Shown here in pieces: positions 45,492-59,822 of a stretch of 64,000 nt of DNA. Origin of the DNA: the human T2T-CHM13v2.0 reference genome, Homo sapiens. The stretch lies in the NCBI RefSeq assembly GCF_009914755.1, contig NC_060928.1; one strand, written 5' to 3'. The stretch's first letter is position 1; every line of letters starts with the position of its first letter. The notes beneath the pieces were generated by a model. That model saw only the letters and a program-made list of their open reading frames with translations, was not told the origin of the DNA and ran no database searches. Position numbers and translations under genes: made by a program.

Positions 45492-45519
45492 AAAAAAAAA
45501 AAAAAAAGAATGTGTTATA

Positions 45520-45822
45520 GGCCTGGAGTGGTGGCTCATCCTTGTAATCCCAGTACTGTTCAAGGCTGAGGCAGGAGGTTTGCTTGAGCCCAGGAGTTCA
45601 AGATCAGCCTAGGCAACATAGTGGGACCCCATTTCAACAAAAAAATACAAAAATTAGCCATGTGTGGTGGTGCATGCCTGTACTCTCAGCTACTCAGGAG
45701 GCTGAGGCAGATGATCACTTGAGCCTCAAAGGTTGAGACTACTGTGAGCTATGATCGCACCACTGCACTCCAGCTTGGGCGACTCTAGAAGAACCCCATC
45801 TTAAAACAACAACAACAACAAC
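45520..45822 (+). mobile_element. AluJ
   Basis: Dimeric Alu, (AAC)n tail; degenerate TSD gaatgtgttatag / gaatgctttatag. Confidence 0.88.
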
Positions 45823-45904
45823 GAATGCTTTATAGAGTGTACTGGTCAGGACTCTTGGTCAAACGGGGAAAAAACTCAATTTGGACTAGCCTAAGCTAAC
45901 ACTC

Positions 45905-46125
45905 CCCTCTCTCTCCTGTCTGTCTGTCTTCTCTCTCTCTCTCTCTCTCTTTCCCTCTCTCTCTCTCTCTCTCCCTCTCTGTCTTTGAGACAGGGTCTCC
46001 AGGCTGGAGTGCAATGGTGCAATCACAGCTCACTACAACCTCCAAGTCCTAGACTCAAGCGATCCTCCCACCTCAGCCTCCCCCAAGAGCAGCTTGGACC
46101 ACAGGCCTGTTCCAACACACCCAGC
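45905..46125 (-). mobile_element. Alu monomer fragment with a (CT)n tail
   Basis: (CT)n 45905-45984 then gagacagggtctc..ggctggagtgcaatggtgcaatcacagctcac. Confidence 0.75.
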
Positions 46126-46959
46126 CCCTCCTCCTGAGTCTGCTCCTCCTGGCTTGTCGGGCACCTTCTCACAGGCCTGCTGTCTCCTTGAGGCTGAATC
46201 CTGAGAGCACAGATCCTGTGTTCACATCCTCGCAGCTTCACCTGCCCAGATGACAGACACTCAGAGCAATTGCTATGACCAGAAGGGGACAGTCAGCTCC
46301 TATTTGAATCAAATGTTGAACTTTTGGCAAGAGATGTGGGGCAGACCGAGCAAGCCCACTAAAGGAGTTGTTGGGGTCCCCCACACTAACACTTTGCATC
46401 TGCTGCCGGAGCCGTTATTGCCCTCACTGTCTCAGATTTGGCCAGCACTTAGTGGCTGCACAGGGACACTTCCCCTCTAGACCTGCTGCTCCCCTTTAGC
46501 CCAGTAGGAGGCAGCATTGCCCCTCCTTGCCCTACGACTCGCTGGACTGATTCCAGGCTTCCAGCTCAGCAGGAAGAGGATCCATTAAAAAGATTTTATC
46601 TTCGGAAAACCTTATCACCCCTCAAATGTCAAGACTTTCAGAAATTAATCTAGAGTTTTCTCCTTTTCAGGTCTCAAATTTTAAAACAGAATCATAAAAT
46701 GCTAGAGCCAGGAGGAGCCTCTGGAGTCCTGTCACATCCAGCCCTCTGTTTTAAAGATGAATAGATCGACCAAGGCAGAGACTCAAATACATATTCTAAC
46801 ATTTGGTACCAGATTGCGAAGTCATTGGAACCGAGCATAAAAAGCTATCAAGGAGAGATAAAAGATCTGAAGGAAAGGTTGCGTATCAATTTCTGGAAAG
46901 CTGGACTAAACTTTTAATGGAAAACAATTATTTTATAAAAAGGTAAAGAGAAAAGGTGA

Positions 46960-47202
46960 AATTTTAAAAATAGGTTAAGTAATACTTCAATAATATTTAA
47001 CCTACATATCAAATATACTATTATTTCACCATGTAGTCAGTAAAGACACCTGTGAATAAGATCTTTTGCATTCTTTTTCTGTACTAAATCTTTGAGATCT
47101 GGTGAGTATTGTACAGTTATAGCATATCTCAATTTGGACAAGCCATGTCTCAAGTGCTTAGTAGCCACATGCAGCCAGTGGCTACTGTGTTGGATGGTGC
47201 AG
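46960..47202. mobile_element. MER33-like hAT-Charlie fragment
   Basis: tgtactaaatctttga..tagcatatctcaatttggac..caagtgcttagtagccacatgcagccagtggctactgtgttgga. Confidence 0.7.
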
Positions 47203-48358
47203 AATTGAAAAACAGGTTAGTACAGAACCTTGTGGAGCCCTCAGGACAAGCTGCACAGACATTTGAGCTCACCCAGGGCATTCTGGGGAAATGTCTTATA
47301 CCAACAGAATATAAGGGGCTGATATATTTTACCAAAAAGAGCTTCCTGTTTGAAAAAAAATATATACTTTTCACCCCATCTCCTCTCCTCAGATAAGCTG
47401 CAGAAGGATGCATGATCATCGCATCATTATTATTCTTAAACAATGAACTGAAGTGGACCAGTCAAGTGAATGCCAAAGGGAGTTTGATGGAAGAGGCTGT
47501 CCTGTTCTCGCCTAGAGTGACCTCACAATCTGTGGCCCAGGAGGATTTTATAAGATATCAGCATGCCTGTGGAGAACAAATGAATAGTTTTTTCCTTAGT
47601 GCTAAAAACACCAGAGGCAATTTTCACATACCCACCCTTCGTTTTTACAGGACGTGGTGGGGGAGTCAGGCTGTAATCACAGTGTGTTAACTGAGGATAA
47701 AATAGAGAGCATCAGCTAGATTGCTCTTTCTTGAAAACAACAGCCAAAAAAGAAAAACAGCACTCAGGATTTTGAGTCGTTTTGCATGCTCAGGAGAGGA
47801 TGGCAGTTTCAAGCACAACATCAAGAGGAAGGACAAAGTTGAGCCCAACTGGGCACCAGCAAGGAGTGGGTGCACCCATCCATGCCTCCACGCTCCTAAA
47901 AATGAGGGCTCCCGTCATTTTGGGGTAGTGGGTGTTTCACAGCCTGTTCTCCTCAGCAGCTTTGAAATTCCGCGTTCTGAGTTCTGGTAGTGTAGCCTGG
48001 CACAGAGTTGCAGGGACAAGGTTTGTTCGCACCCTAATCTCCTACCCCAGCCTGCTGTCTTCCTGGCTGCCCCACAATCTGAAGTCGAGGGTTTCTCACT
48101 AAACACTGAGCAGAGCGGCAGGCAGACCTTGACCTTGCCTCATACGTTCAAGTGAAATAAGCAACCACCCTAAAAAAGAAACCAAGTTTTGCCTTTGTTG
48201 ATGGATTCCTCCTTCTATGGAAGTATCTGTGATAAGGATACTGTCATCCTGAACCACTGAGTCCTTTGTTCCAAAAATAGTGATTGACAGTCATTGATCA
48301 CTTACTGCCGGGTGCCTATAGTAACTCATTTAAAGCTCTGCATAATAGTCCTTCCACA

Positions 48359-49335
<977 letters not shown>

Positions 49336-49471
49336 CAATTCAACCCATAACACACATATTAACTCATTTGTCTTTCCAACAGCCCTTCAAGGCATCTTCC
49401 TGGATAATTTATCCCATTTGCAGAAGAGGGCACCTGGGACACAGAGAAAGTAAATGACTGGCCAAGGTCAC

Positions 49472-49829
49472 TGTATTAGTCGGTTTTCATGCAGCTGATA
49501 AAGACATACCTGAGACTGGGTAATTTATAATGAAAAAGAGGTTTAACGAACTCACAGTTCCATGTGGCTAGGGAGGCCTCATAATCATGGCAGAAAGCAA
49601 AAGGCACTTCTTACATGGCGGCAGCAAGACAGAAAACTTGTGCAGGGAAACTCTCCTTTATGAAACCATCAGATCTTTTGAAACTTATTCACTGTCACGA
49701 GAACAGCACAGGAAAGACCTGCCTCCATGATTCAATTACCTCCCACCAGGTCCCTCCCAAGACATGTGGGAATTGTGTGAACTATGATTCAAGATAAGAT
49801 TTGGGTGAGGACACAGCCAAACCATAGCA
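49472..49829 (-). mobile_element. THE1 solo LTR inserted in a MIR
   Basis: tgtattagtc..gctgataaagacatacctgagactggg..gacacagccaaaccatagca; TSD gtcac/gttac. Confidence 0.88.
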
Positions 49830-52262
49830 GTTACCAAGTTGGCAGTTGGTGGAGTCCCACAGGCTGTCTAGTTTGAGTGAGTCTGCTGTGCAACCCCATA
49901 TGTATTGTTATTACTGTCTCAGATTTACACCTGAGGAAACCAAAATATACAGGTCACAAAACCCACCAGTATTACACAGTGAGTCATTGGCAGAGCTGGA
50001 GTTTGAACCCACTGCTATTCGGCTTCAGCACCTGAGCTGGTAATCACTAAACTATGTGACTTCTCTTACATAAAAATATCTTCCCAGAATTCAGGAAAGG
50101 CTAATTCGCCACTGCACACTTTCCAAGGACTGCACAATTCTTTGGTGGTGTTGGTTATGCATGACAGTAACTGTTGGAAGGGACTGGTGTCGGTCATTGG
50201 CGTAGGGCAGCAGGGTGAGTATCAGGAAAAAGCAAAAGGACCCAGGGGATCTGCAAGTCCTTGAGCCCCCACCTCTAGCACTGCCCTTAACCACCTCGGC
50301 CTCTGCCAGGGAACCAGGAAGAGGATGGGCAAATAGGAGGGCAATTCTGGGCTGCTTTGGGTAAAATAAAAAGGGGGCAGGAAATGAAAGGATTCAGGCT
50401 GTTAAAAGAAGCGACTCAACAGATCTTGCCTTATCCTTTCTTCCTTACTGGAAGGAAGCGGGTCTTACTGTCGCATGAGGAAATGGGGGAGCCCAGCTCC
50501 TGAGCATTCAGGCTAGTCTTGGTGTGATTCATAGTGTGATGATTTCTCTCTCTGAAAAATTTAAATGTAGAGACACAAAGCTGGGAGTTGAGAGCTGTGT
50601 CTCATGAATGTCACAACTGGGGTCCACACCTACCCTCCTCAGGATTAGCTGTTCAATTCCTCCTGGAATTTTGGGAGAAATCCATTGAATCCCACCCCCA
50701 ACTCCCTGTTACTAGTTGTTAGTGGTGGTTAAGAGAGCTTGAGTTGTTTTCTCTATTCACTTAGTTTGAGTCCTGTACACTCATAAAAGTTATATCATTA
50801 CCTTTCATTTCATTGAATCTAAACTATCTTTTCCCCATTTGCCCAATTTAATGAATTTCCTCAATTTAGTTCTCACTAATTACACACCCTACTCAGTATC
50901 TAAAATAAATCCATTTTTTTATACCCGTAGTGTAAAAGCTCCCTGAGGGTAGTGATTTCATCTTTTGTTTACTTCTATATCCTGAGCACCTAGCAATATT
51001 GATAAAGAAGGAACAGCTATGTGTAAATTTTTTCTCTCATTTTATATACATGGTAACTTGCTATACATACTGTTCTGCATATGTGTTTGTCCACTTATCA
51101 ATATATCATGGAGATTGTCAACATTTAGTGGGTCAACAGGCAGGGGACGGGACTTTTACATTTATTAAAATTACCTGCTTAGAGTTCCAAGCAGAATAAA
51201 AGCAATTCTCCATCCATGCATGCACAGACTAATCCCAGGAAGTAGCCGTCACCCAGCATGAATTAAATTCGCTGTGCAAGGCATGCCTGGTATGCAATAG
51301 AGCCCTCTCACTTTTTTGTTGTTTTTAATCTACATGACTGACACCATAGCCACTGTTTCTTAGTACACACCATTCAAGATACAGCTACATTTTAAAGTAT
51401 CTATTTCACTCCATAGAATCCTTTTATCTTGCAATCACACTAAACTTGAGTGCCTTATACCTGACAGGTATTCAAGTGTGGGGAAGGGGTGTGAATGAAA
51501 AGTTAAGATATACTAAACCACAAAGTATATTAACTTTTTTTCCAAGTTAAGGTAGAAAAAGGGAGGAAATCAATACATTTTAATTTCTTTAAATGAAAAA
51601 CTTTGGAATAACCACGGGATTTAACCCAATAAGCTAAGGCAAAATCATTTTGGTGACTTGTGCCTGGTGCCTGCCCATCCATCTACTTCATGACTTAGCA
51701 CCAAGTTTTTTATCTGAATTTGGGTGTGTACCACTTGTGTAAGACACAGCAAATTTAAGAGTACCATCCCCAGATTGCAATGTCAAAGTTCTCATTTATG
51801 GCCTATCGACAAAAACATTGTAGGATGAAAAGAGGAGCATAGGCAGAATTATTGGAGTTTCAAAATTGGAACAATGTGAGATAAATGGGTGATCAGGGGT
51901 CAAAAGGGCTATTTATAAGGCTTACTCTTCTCCTAGACTTTAATTCTCCAGAACACTTATATCACCCCGTGGAAGTATCTTGCCTGTGAGTTTTTGTTTA
52001 TTCTCTATTTCCTCCCACTGGAAAGTATGTTCCATGAGAGTAGAGACTTCATCTTTGTTCACTACTATATGTCTAGTTGCTGGCATATGGTACATGCTTA
52101 GTATGTATTTGTTGAATAAATGAATACACAAGAGAAGGATGAAGGTGACTTTTGGCTTCATCCCATTCCTATTGCTTAGGGGTCATTCATCTTAAGAACA
52201 CTTCTAGAAATTACCAAAGAAAGTTTTTTCCATATAAACAAGTGGGAGTGGAGCAGATTCAC

Positions 52263-52707
52263 TGTGCACTGATTACCAGTTTACCTGAGTACAGTGAGAC
52301 AGAACACCCACATGCAAGTTACATGAAGCAGGTTTATCACTTACAGATAGGCAGCAATGGATAACAGAAGACAAGGCTTCATCCTGAGCTGGTCTCCCAA
52401 GGCTCACAAAGCTGCTTGGGGAACATAGTCTCCGAGGCATATGCCCCTCTTGCACTGCATCTGAGGGACCTGGAAATACAGTCTACCCTGGGCTTTATGC
52501 CCAGGGGCAATGAGATTCTGGGCCAAAGCATTGAAGGACATCCTATTTCTAGGGTGGGCTGGAACAGAGCCCAGGCTGTTCTGGCCAGTCCCCTACTATC
52601 TCATGACATTGCACTCCCAGCACATTCTACAGTTATTCTTAAGAATTACAAGTAAGAAAGTAGTGAGAACTGGGTCAGTCCAAGGCCACCTGGAGAACTG
52701 TCCTGCA
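52263..52707 (-). mobile_element. ERV solo LTR (LTR47-like, family uncertain)
   Basis: Minus strand starts tgcaggacagttctccaggtggccttggactgacccagttctc, with cataaagc (TATA-like) and gataaacctgcttc (polyA-signal-like) motifs. Confidence 0.5.
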
Positions 52708-52921
52708 GGAGTCATTGAGAAAGGAGTGGCCACCTGGGGTTCAGTGGAAAATTTTCTCTTAAAATGTAGCTACAGCCCAGGGTCCACAGAGCTTGACTTC
52801 AGTCTCACCAGTATTCTTTAGTTTTTCACTAACACTCTTTCCAAAGTCCTGCCTACCACCCCATTCCAAAGCCACATCCACACTTTCAGGCTTCCATTGA
52901 CTCCTCCAGGTACCTACCTCT

Positions 52922-54147
52922 AGATTAGTTATCAATTACTGAGTGAAATATTACTTCAGAGTTAATGCCTTAAAATAAATACAGTATAATGGGAAATATA
53001 TATTTGGTCTTTATCCCCAATTAGTGACCAACAGTTCTGAAACCCTTGGAATCCCCGGAGTGATAGGAGTGTTTCTGATATGTTAATGGAGATGACTGGT
53101 GGCTGCGGGGCCCCGGATACCTTCAGGATGGAGGCTGGTCACCCAAAAGACCAAGGCATGATTAGAGGGTTGGAACTTTTAGCCCACCTCAACCTTCAGG
53201 ACCAACAGCTAATGATTTAATTAATCACACCTTCATAAACATCCCCCAACAACAGGGTTCAGGAAGCTTCCAGGTACTGGGAGGGTGGCATGCTAGAAAA
53301 AGGAATGGAAGCTCCGTGTACCCCTCCCTGTCCCTGTACCTTGCCCTATGCATCTCTTTCGTTTGGCTATTAGAATAAACCAGTAAAAGTGGTAATGTGT
53401 GTTCCTGAGTTCTGTGAGCCATTCTAGCAAATTATCAAACCTGAGGAGGTAGCAGATATGTGGCTGGTTGGTCAAAAGCACAGGAGGCCTGGGACTGAAG
53501 ACCAGCATCTGAAATAGGAGGGACTGAGTCATTCACCTGTAGGGCCTGCACAGGTAGAGTCGGAATTGGTTGGAATTGAACGCTCAGCTGGTGTCCAGAG
53601 AATCAGAAAATAGGTTGTTGGTGTGGAAAACCCCCATACCTTTTGGGTCAGAAGTGTTGTGAGGAGATACAGCTCAACAATAAACATTTATTATCTCATC
53701 ATTTCTGTGAGAAAGGAATTTGGGCGCAGCTTATCTGGTTGGTTCTGGATTGGAGTCTTGCCAAGAGGTTGTAATCAAGACGTTGTCCTGGGCTGCAGTC
53801 ATCTGAAGGTTTGACTGGGCCTGGAAGATTTACGTCCAAAGTGACTCACTCATATGACTGTCTGGTGGTTACAGGTGTAGGCAGGAGGCCTCATATCACC
53901 AGTTGGGCCTCTCCAGGGCGCTGCTCAGTCCATGACAGCCGGCTTCCCTCCCAGCAAGTGCCCAAGAGAGCAAAGTAAAAGCTGTAATGTGTTTTATTCC
54001 TGGCCTCCTAAGTCACAGCCTGTCATTTTAACAGTGTCCTATTGGTTACCCAAGTCAGCCCAACTGATTACAGAAGGGAATTAACAAGAACATGAAGACC
54101 AGGAGGTGAGGCTCTTCAAGGGCCATCTTGGAGGCTGCCAACCCACA
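52922..54147 (-). mobile_element. MLT1F-like LTR split by MER21
   Basis: catttattatctca..ggaatttggg..gggctgcagtcatctgaaggtttgactggg..gggccatcttggaggctg. Confidence 0.7.
52985..53670 (+). mobile_element. MER21-like LTR
   Basis: atatatatttggtcttt..aaacccttggaat..cttcaggatggaggctggtcacc..aagaccaaggcatgattagagggttggaactt..ggtcagaagtgttgtgag. Confidence 0.8.
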
Positions 54148-56523
54148 GGGCTCACATACACTTTTCAAATAAATGAACAAAATATTTAATCAACTCCAAG
54201 TCCTCTGTATTCAGTCCATTTGGATCTAACATGAGAGATAATGGCTTTTGACGACATGCAACTTTTTACTGGCTTTAGCATTTTCACTCTGGAAGACCTC
54301 TGACAAGTGATCTACTTTCATTGTGCCTCAAGTCTTAAAACAAGAGCTGTAAGATCACCATGAAATTAAATAATTTTAGTGCCATGGAGAATGTTCATTA
54401 ATGAAACCTTCCCACAGGACTGGCCCCACGCAAAATCATGAAGCTAAAGTAGCTTGCTTTTTCTAACCCATCTCCACAAATCTCCCCAATTTCCCCCACC
54501 CCTGCTCCCCGACCCTACACATGCAATATTCAGTTTAATGTACAGAGGCACGTATTTTGCAGGATTTGCTTCCACATGCCTTGAAAAAGTGCCAGTTGGA
54601 GATAATAATTGTGTATACATGCATGTTTCAGTAAACTCGATAAGGCCAATTTTTCCTGTAGCTTTAAAACATGTCACTGAATCTCAGTTGAACACCTGAT
54701 GAAAATGGCTTACAAACAGAAGTTGAGATGTATGAAAATCCTGAACACTGGAGACATTTGTTGTGGAGAGATCATCAAGGAGTGAGATCTTGCTGAGGGG
54801 CAGCGGATTCCTACAGCTCATCTCAGGCTCACCTGAAGGGTACATGAATTGAGCGGAAGGATGGATAGAGTTTGCTTGTTTGTTCATTTAACACATATTT
54901 TCCAAGCACCTACTTTGTGCCAGGCACTGTTCTAGGTGTTAATCTATGCTCACTTTGGGTTTTTGCTCAAATATCATCATTTCAAGAAAGCGTAGCCTGA
55001 CTGCCATATTTTAAATTGCAATTTTGATTGCAGTCTTCCCAATCCCTTATTCTGCTCTACATTTTCTTGTTTCATAACATGTGTTATGTTTTACTACATA
55101 CTATGATTTACTTCTCTATTGCCTTTTGTTGTCTTTCTTCCCCCCCCCAACTCCATGCCAGAATTTCTGCTCCACAATGGCAGGAATCTCAATCTATTTT
55201 ATTCATTGATACAGTGCCTGACTCATAATAGGAATTGAATTGAATGCCCCGCTGGTGTCCAGAGAATCAGAAAATAGGTTATTGGTGTGGAAAACCTCCA
55301 TACCTTTGAGGTCAGAAGTGTTATGAGGAGATACAATACAGCTCAACAGTACACATTTATTATCTCATCATTTCTGTGAGAAAAGAATTTGGGAGCAGCT
55401 TTTCTGGTTGGTTGGTTGGTATTGAATAGTTGGTGAATGAACTGATGAGTGCTGGCAGCATAAGAATGAATAAAACATACCAAATTCTCTGTCTTCTACA
55501 AATTCATTCATTCATTTATTCTCTCTCTCTCTCTCTCTCTCTCCCTCCATGCATATAGTTGCCATTCACTGGGTTAAGTCCAGCTATGATGCTATCACAT
55601 TGTTCCGACCTGCAAATATCATTTCTTACAAATGCCCTGGGCAATCCGTGGCTTCTTTCCAGAGCAGCCTAAATGCCCTTGCTACAAAACCTAGATCCCT
55701 AGTGCACTGCATATTCTAATTTCCCATTTGTTTTTATGAAAATAAAGTTTGCCTTTCAAATGTAAATGCTCCAGGGCCCCAGTCAGGCTTCCTGAACTCT
55801 CTGCACAGCAGTACCTCTGGGTTTAGGGAAGAAAACAGATTTATTTTTACTTTCATATTGGTCTAACAACGTTACAACGCTATACACACTTTTGTCAATA
55901 AAGTTAAGATTACCACCACCCCCCTTTCCAAACTATGAAAAAGACAAAACTCATTACTCTCCAAAAGCCACATAAAAGCAAAAACATTCCACTGACAGTT
56001 TAATAAAAAACAGGACATGCCAAACAGGAAGCATACAGAGAATGACAACTGGGATTAAGCAAGGGGGCTGGAGAGGACAGATTAAAGATTCTCGGTGAGC
56101 ACAATCAACAACAGGAATGTTTAAGGGAGGGTTGCATTAAAGTGCATGAAAATGGTAACTGACTTCAGTAATATCTACTGCCTTTCAACACAGATAATGA
56201 CATTAGTGTATGAGATACAGAATAGACATCAGGAACTATTTTTCCAGGTAGAAGACAAAACGAGAACAAAAAGCCTTATATGTCAAGACCAACTGGGTAC
56301 AAAAACAGTGAAATGAGAACAGAATGTGAATAGAAGGGGAACGTTGCTGAAACCAGCAATTAAGAGCTGTCTCAGGAATTTAAAGGCGTGTTTTGGTGGG
56401 AGGCATGGAGCGGGAAGGGACACAAAAAAATCTTTGTGGCTTTGTTTCTTTTGCCGAGGGATGAAAGGCCAATAGTGGTTGGTCTTGCGAAGGAGGGAAA
56501 GAATTGTCAAACCTGCATTTCAA

Positions 56524-57165
56524 GGGCTGAGCTGTTTAACAAGGTAGCACTAGCCACATATGTGATTGAAGATTAAACGGAAATAATTTTTTTTATACTT
56601 TAAGTTGTAAGGTACATGTGCACAACTTGAAGGTTTGTTACATATGTATACATGTGCCATGTTGGTGTGCTGCACCCATTAACTCGTCATTTACATTAGG
56701 TATATCTCCTAATGCTATCCCCTTCTCCTCCTCCAACCCCATGACAGGCCCCCAGGTGTGATGTCCCCCACCCTGTGTCCAAGTGTTCTCATTGTTCAAA
56801 TCCCACCTGTGAATGAGAACATGCAGTGTTTGGTTTTCTGTCCTTGCAAAAGTTTGCTCAGAATGATGGTTTCCAGCTTCATCCATGTCCCTACAAAGGA
56901 CATGAACTCATCCTTTTTTATGGCTGCATAGCATTCCATGGTGTATATGTGCCACATTTTCTTAATCCAGTCTATCATTTATGGACATTTGGGGTTCCAA
57001 GTCTTTGCTATTGTGAATAGTGCCGCAGTAAACATATGTGTGCATGTGTCTTTATAGCAGCATGATTTATAATCCTTTGAAATGAAGTGTAAAATTCAGT
57101 TTCTCAATCACACCAGTCACATTTCAAGTGCTCAGTAGCCACACGTGACACATTGGACAGCACAG
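56524..57165. mobile_element. MER3-like hAT element split by an L1 fragment
   Basis: ggtagcactagccacatatgtg.. before and aaaattcagtttctca..cacatttcaagtgctcagtagccacacgtg..ttggacagcacag after the L1. Confidence 0.65.
56586..57079 (-). mobile_element. Short L1PA (L1PA4-6-like) 3' fragment
   Basis: 3'UTR and ORF2 end ([15 protein letters not shown]). Confidence 0.9.
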
Positions 57166-57579
57166 GGCCAGAACATTTGTTTCATCATTACAGAAACTCC
57201 TCTACGACAGCACTGCCATGGAGCATGGCAGGTAGGAAAGCAAGTTTTGGTCAGTATCAACTCCAGCTTTACCTGTGGTTCTCTTACCCCCTAAAGAGCT
57301 ACAAACTCCTAATGTTAGAGTCTGCAAGGACAGTGCAACTGAAGTCAAAATTCTCATCACCCTTGAGGCTTCCTCCTCCACACACACAAATGAGGTTCAG
57401 AGTGGTTAGAATAAGGCATTTATTAAACATATCTTCATAAAGGTGCCAGAGATACTAAAGTGAATAAAACACAGATTAAAACCTCCAGGTACTTGCACCC
57501 TTCAGCCAGTAGGGTAGACATGAAAGAGACTAATGACATCAAGATGGTCAATATGGGAATAGAGATGCATATGAGGCAC

Positions 57580-58050
57580 TGTAGCAAACTGGATTTTCAA
57601 ACAAAAAAAATGGCCATGGCAATATTTCCAGTTTCACATGCCTTTCCAGATGCTTCCCTCTCCATCAAGAATGGGAATCCATTTCTTCTCCTTTTCCACC
57701 TAGAGAGCCTCATGACTGCTCAGACCTATACAGTAGAACGGAAGTGATGCTATGTGACTTCTGAGGCTAGGTCATATAAAAGACACACATTCCTCCCGGC
57801 TTGCTGTCTCTCTCTCTCTCTCTGCCACGTGAAGTGCACACCTTTGTAGCCCTCAGCCACCCTGTAAAAAGTCTAGCACTTTGAAGTTGTAATGCTAAAA
57901 AGACCATGTGGGAAAACAACAGAAATACAGAGAGAGATGCCCAAGGAGCCCCAGCTGTTCCATACTCCGGAGGTTTGGCCCTTCCCAGCATCAGCCAAGT
58001 GAGTGAATGTCCTCTCAAATGATTCCAGCCCAGCCTTTAAGTCTTCCAGA
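57580..58050 (+). mobile_element. MLT1E/F-like LTR
   Basis: gaagtgatgctatgtgacttctgaggctaggtcat..gagagagatgcccaaggagccccagctgtt..gattccagcccagcc. Confidence 0.6.
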
Positions 58051-59014
58051 TGAGGTCCTGTTAACACTCAGGGATGGCTGGAGTGTAGGCAGATGTAGTA
58101 AAGGTAGGAGTTTCATTTATTCATTCTCTTATTCATTTATCCAATAAATATATATATTTAACCCCATTGTGCCAGGCACCTGGCTTGTGCATCAGTTAAG
58201 ATTGCTTTTGACTGAAAACAGCTGCACTCCCAAAAAAGTGGTTCAAATGCTAAGGACAAGTTGTCTATTTAATGAGAAAATCAGAGGGGAGCAGTCCCTG
58301 GAATATGTTGCTGTTTCCAGCTAGCCTCTTGCTATCTTTCTCCTTCACCAACCTCAGAATGTTGGCTTTTTATCTGAATGCCTCATGGTCACAAGATGGC
58401 TGTAATAGCTCCACGCATCACACCCTCTCAAGCTTCTCATGCCACATCCAAAGGCAGGAAGAAGAAGAACACCAAAGTTTCCTCTTGTGTGCTCTCAACT
58501 TTTATCAGAGAGAAAAACATTTATCTGAAGTTCCCACCAGCCAACTTCCCCTTATATCAAATCAACCAGGAGCAAATCACACAGCCATCCTAGCAGAGGG
58601 TAGATGAAACAGGGAGGGTGCTGGGAAAGTGAGTATCTGGCCTTTTCAGCTTCTATAGTGGAAAACAGACGAGGGAAAGGGGGATTGGAAAAATTAGGGG
58701 GAAGACAACCAGCAGGGCCTGCCACAGCGAGGCTCATCAAAGTAGTTGGGACATAATCCTGCCTTCAGAATGCCAAGGTAGGAAACATCCAATTATGCAA
58801 TGCACAACCATGGAAAAGTATGGAAAGGCTGCAAGCAGCACACTTGAGATGTGGCCAGTAGCATAATGGGAGGCAGAGGAGAGGAAAGGAAGGGAGAAGG
58901 TAGCGATAGTTATTCCCTGGTGGTGATACTTTTGCAACAGGCACCCCCTACACACACACACACACAAACACACACACATCACACAATTACCATTTAATTC
59001 AATAAGAATAATAG

Positions 59015-59397
<383 letters not shown>

Positions 59398-59480
59398 TAG
59401 ACTAGACTTTTCAAAAAAAATCTACCTTAGTTTCAAAACAGAAATGGGAAGCAGAGTTTGAAGAGCTTACTTTGTTATTA

Positions 59481-59822
59481 TGTATGTCTTAGTCCATTGG
59501 GGTTGCTGTAACAAAGTATCATTAAATGGGTGGCTTATAGGCAACAGACATTTATTTCTCACAGTTCTGGAGACTGGGAAGTCCAAGATCAAGGCATCAG
59601 CAGATTTGGTGCTTAGTGAGGCCCTGTTTCTGTGTTCTCACGTGGTGGAAGGAGTGAGTGGTCTCTGTCTGGGTCTTTTATGAGGGTGCTAATCCCACCC
59701 AAGAGGATTCTTCTGCCCTTGTGATCTAATCAATGCCCAAAGACCTTGCTTCCTCATACCATCACCTTGGCAGTTAGGATTTCAATGTACGAATTTGGGG
59801 AGACACATTCAATCTATAACAA
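59481..59822 (-). mobile_element. MLT1A/MST-like LTR
   Basis: tcttagtccattggggttgctgtaacaaa..cagttctggagactgggaagtccaagatcaagg..ttaggatttcaa..gaatttgggg. Confidence 0.75.

Noticed and set aside
51286-51296. p53 half-site AGGCATGCCT
   Set aside because: No adjacent second half-site that fits the consensus
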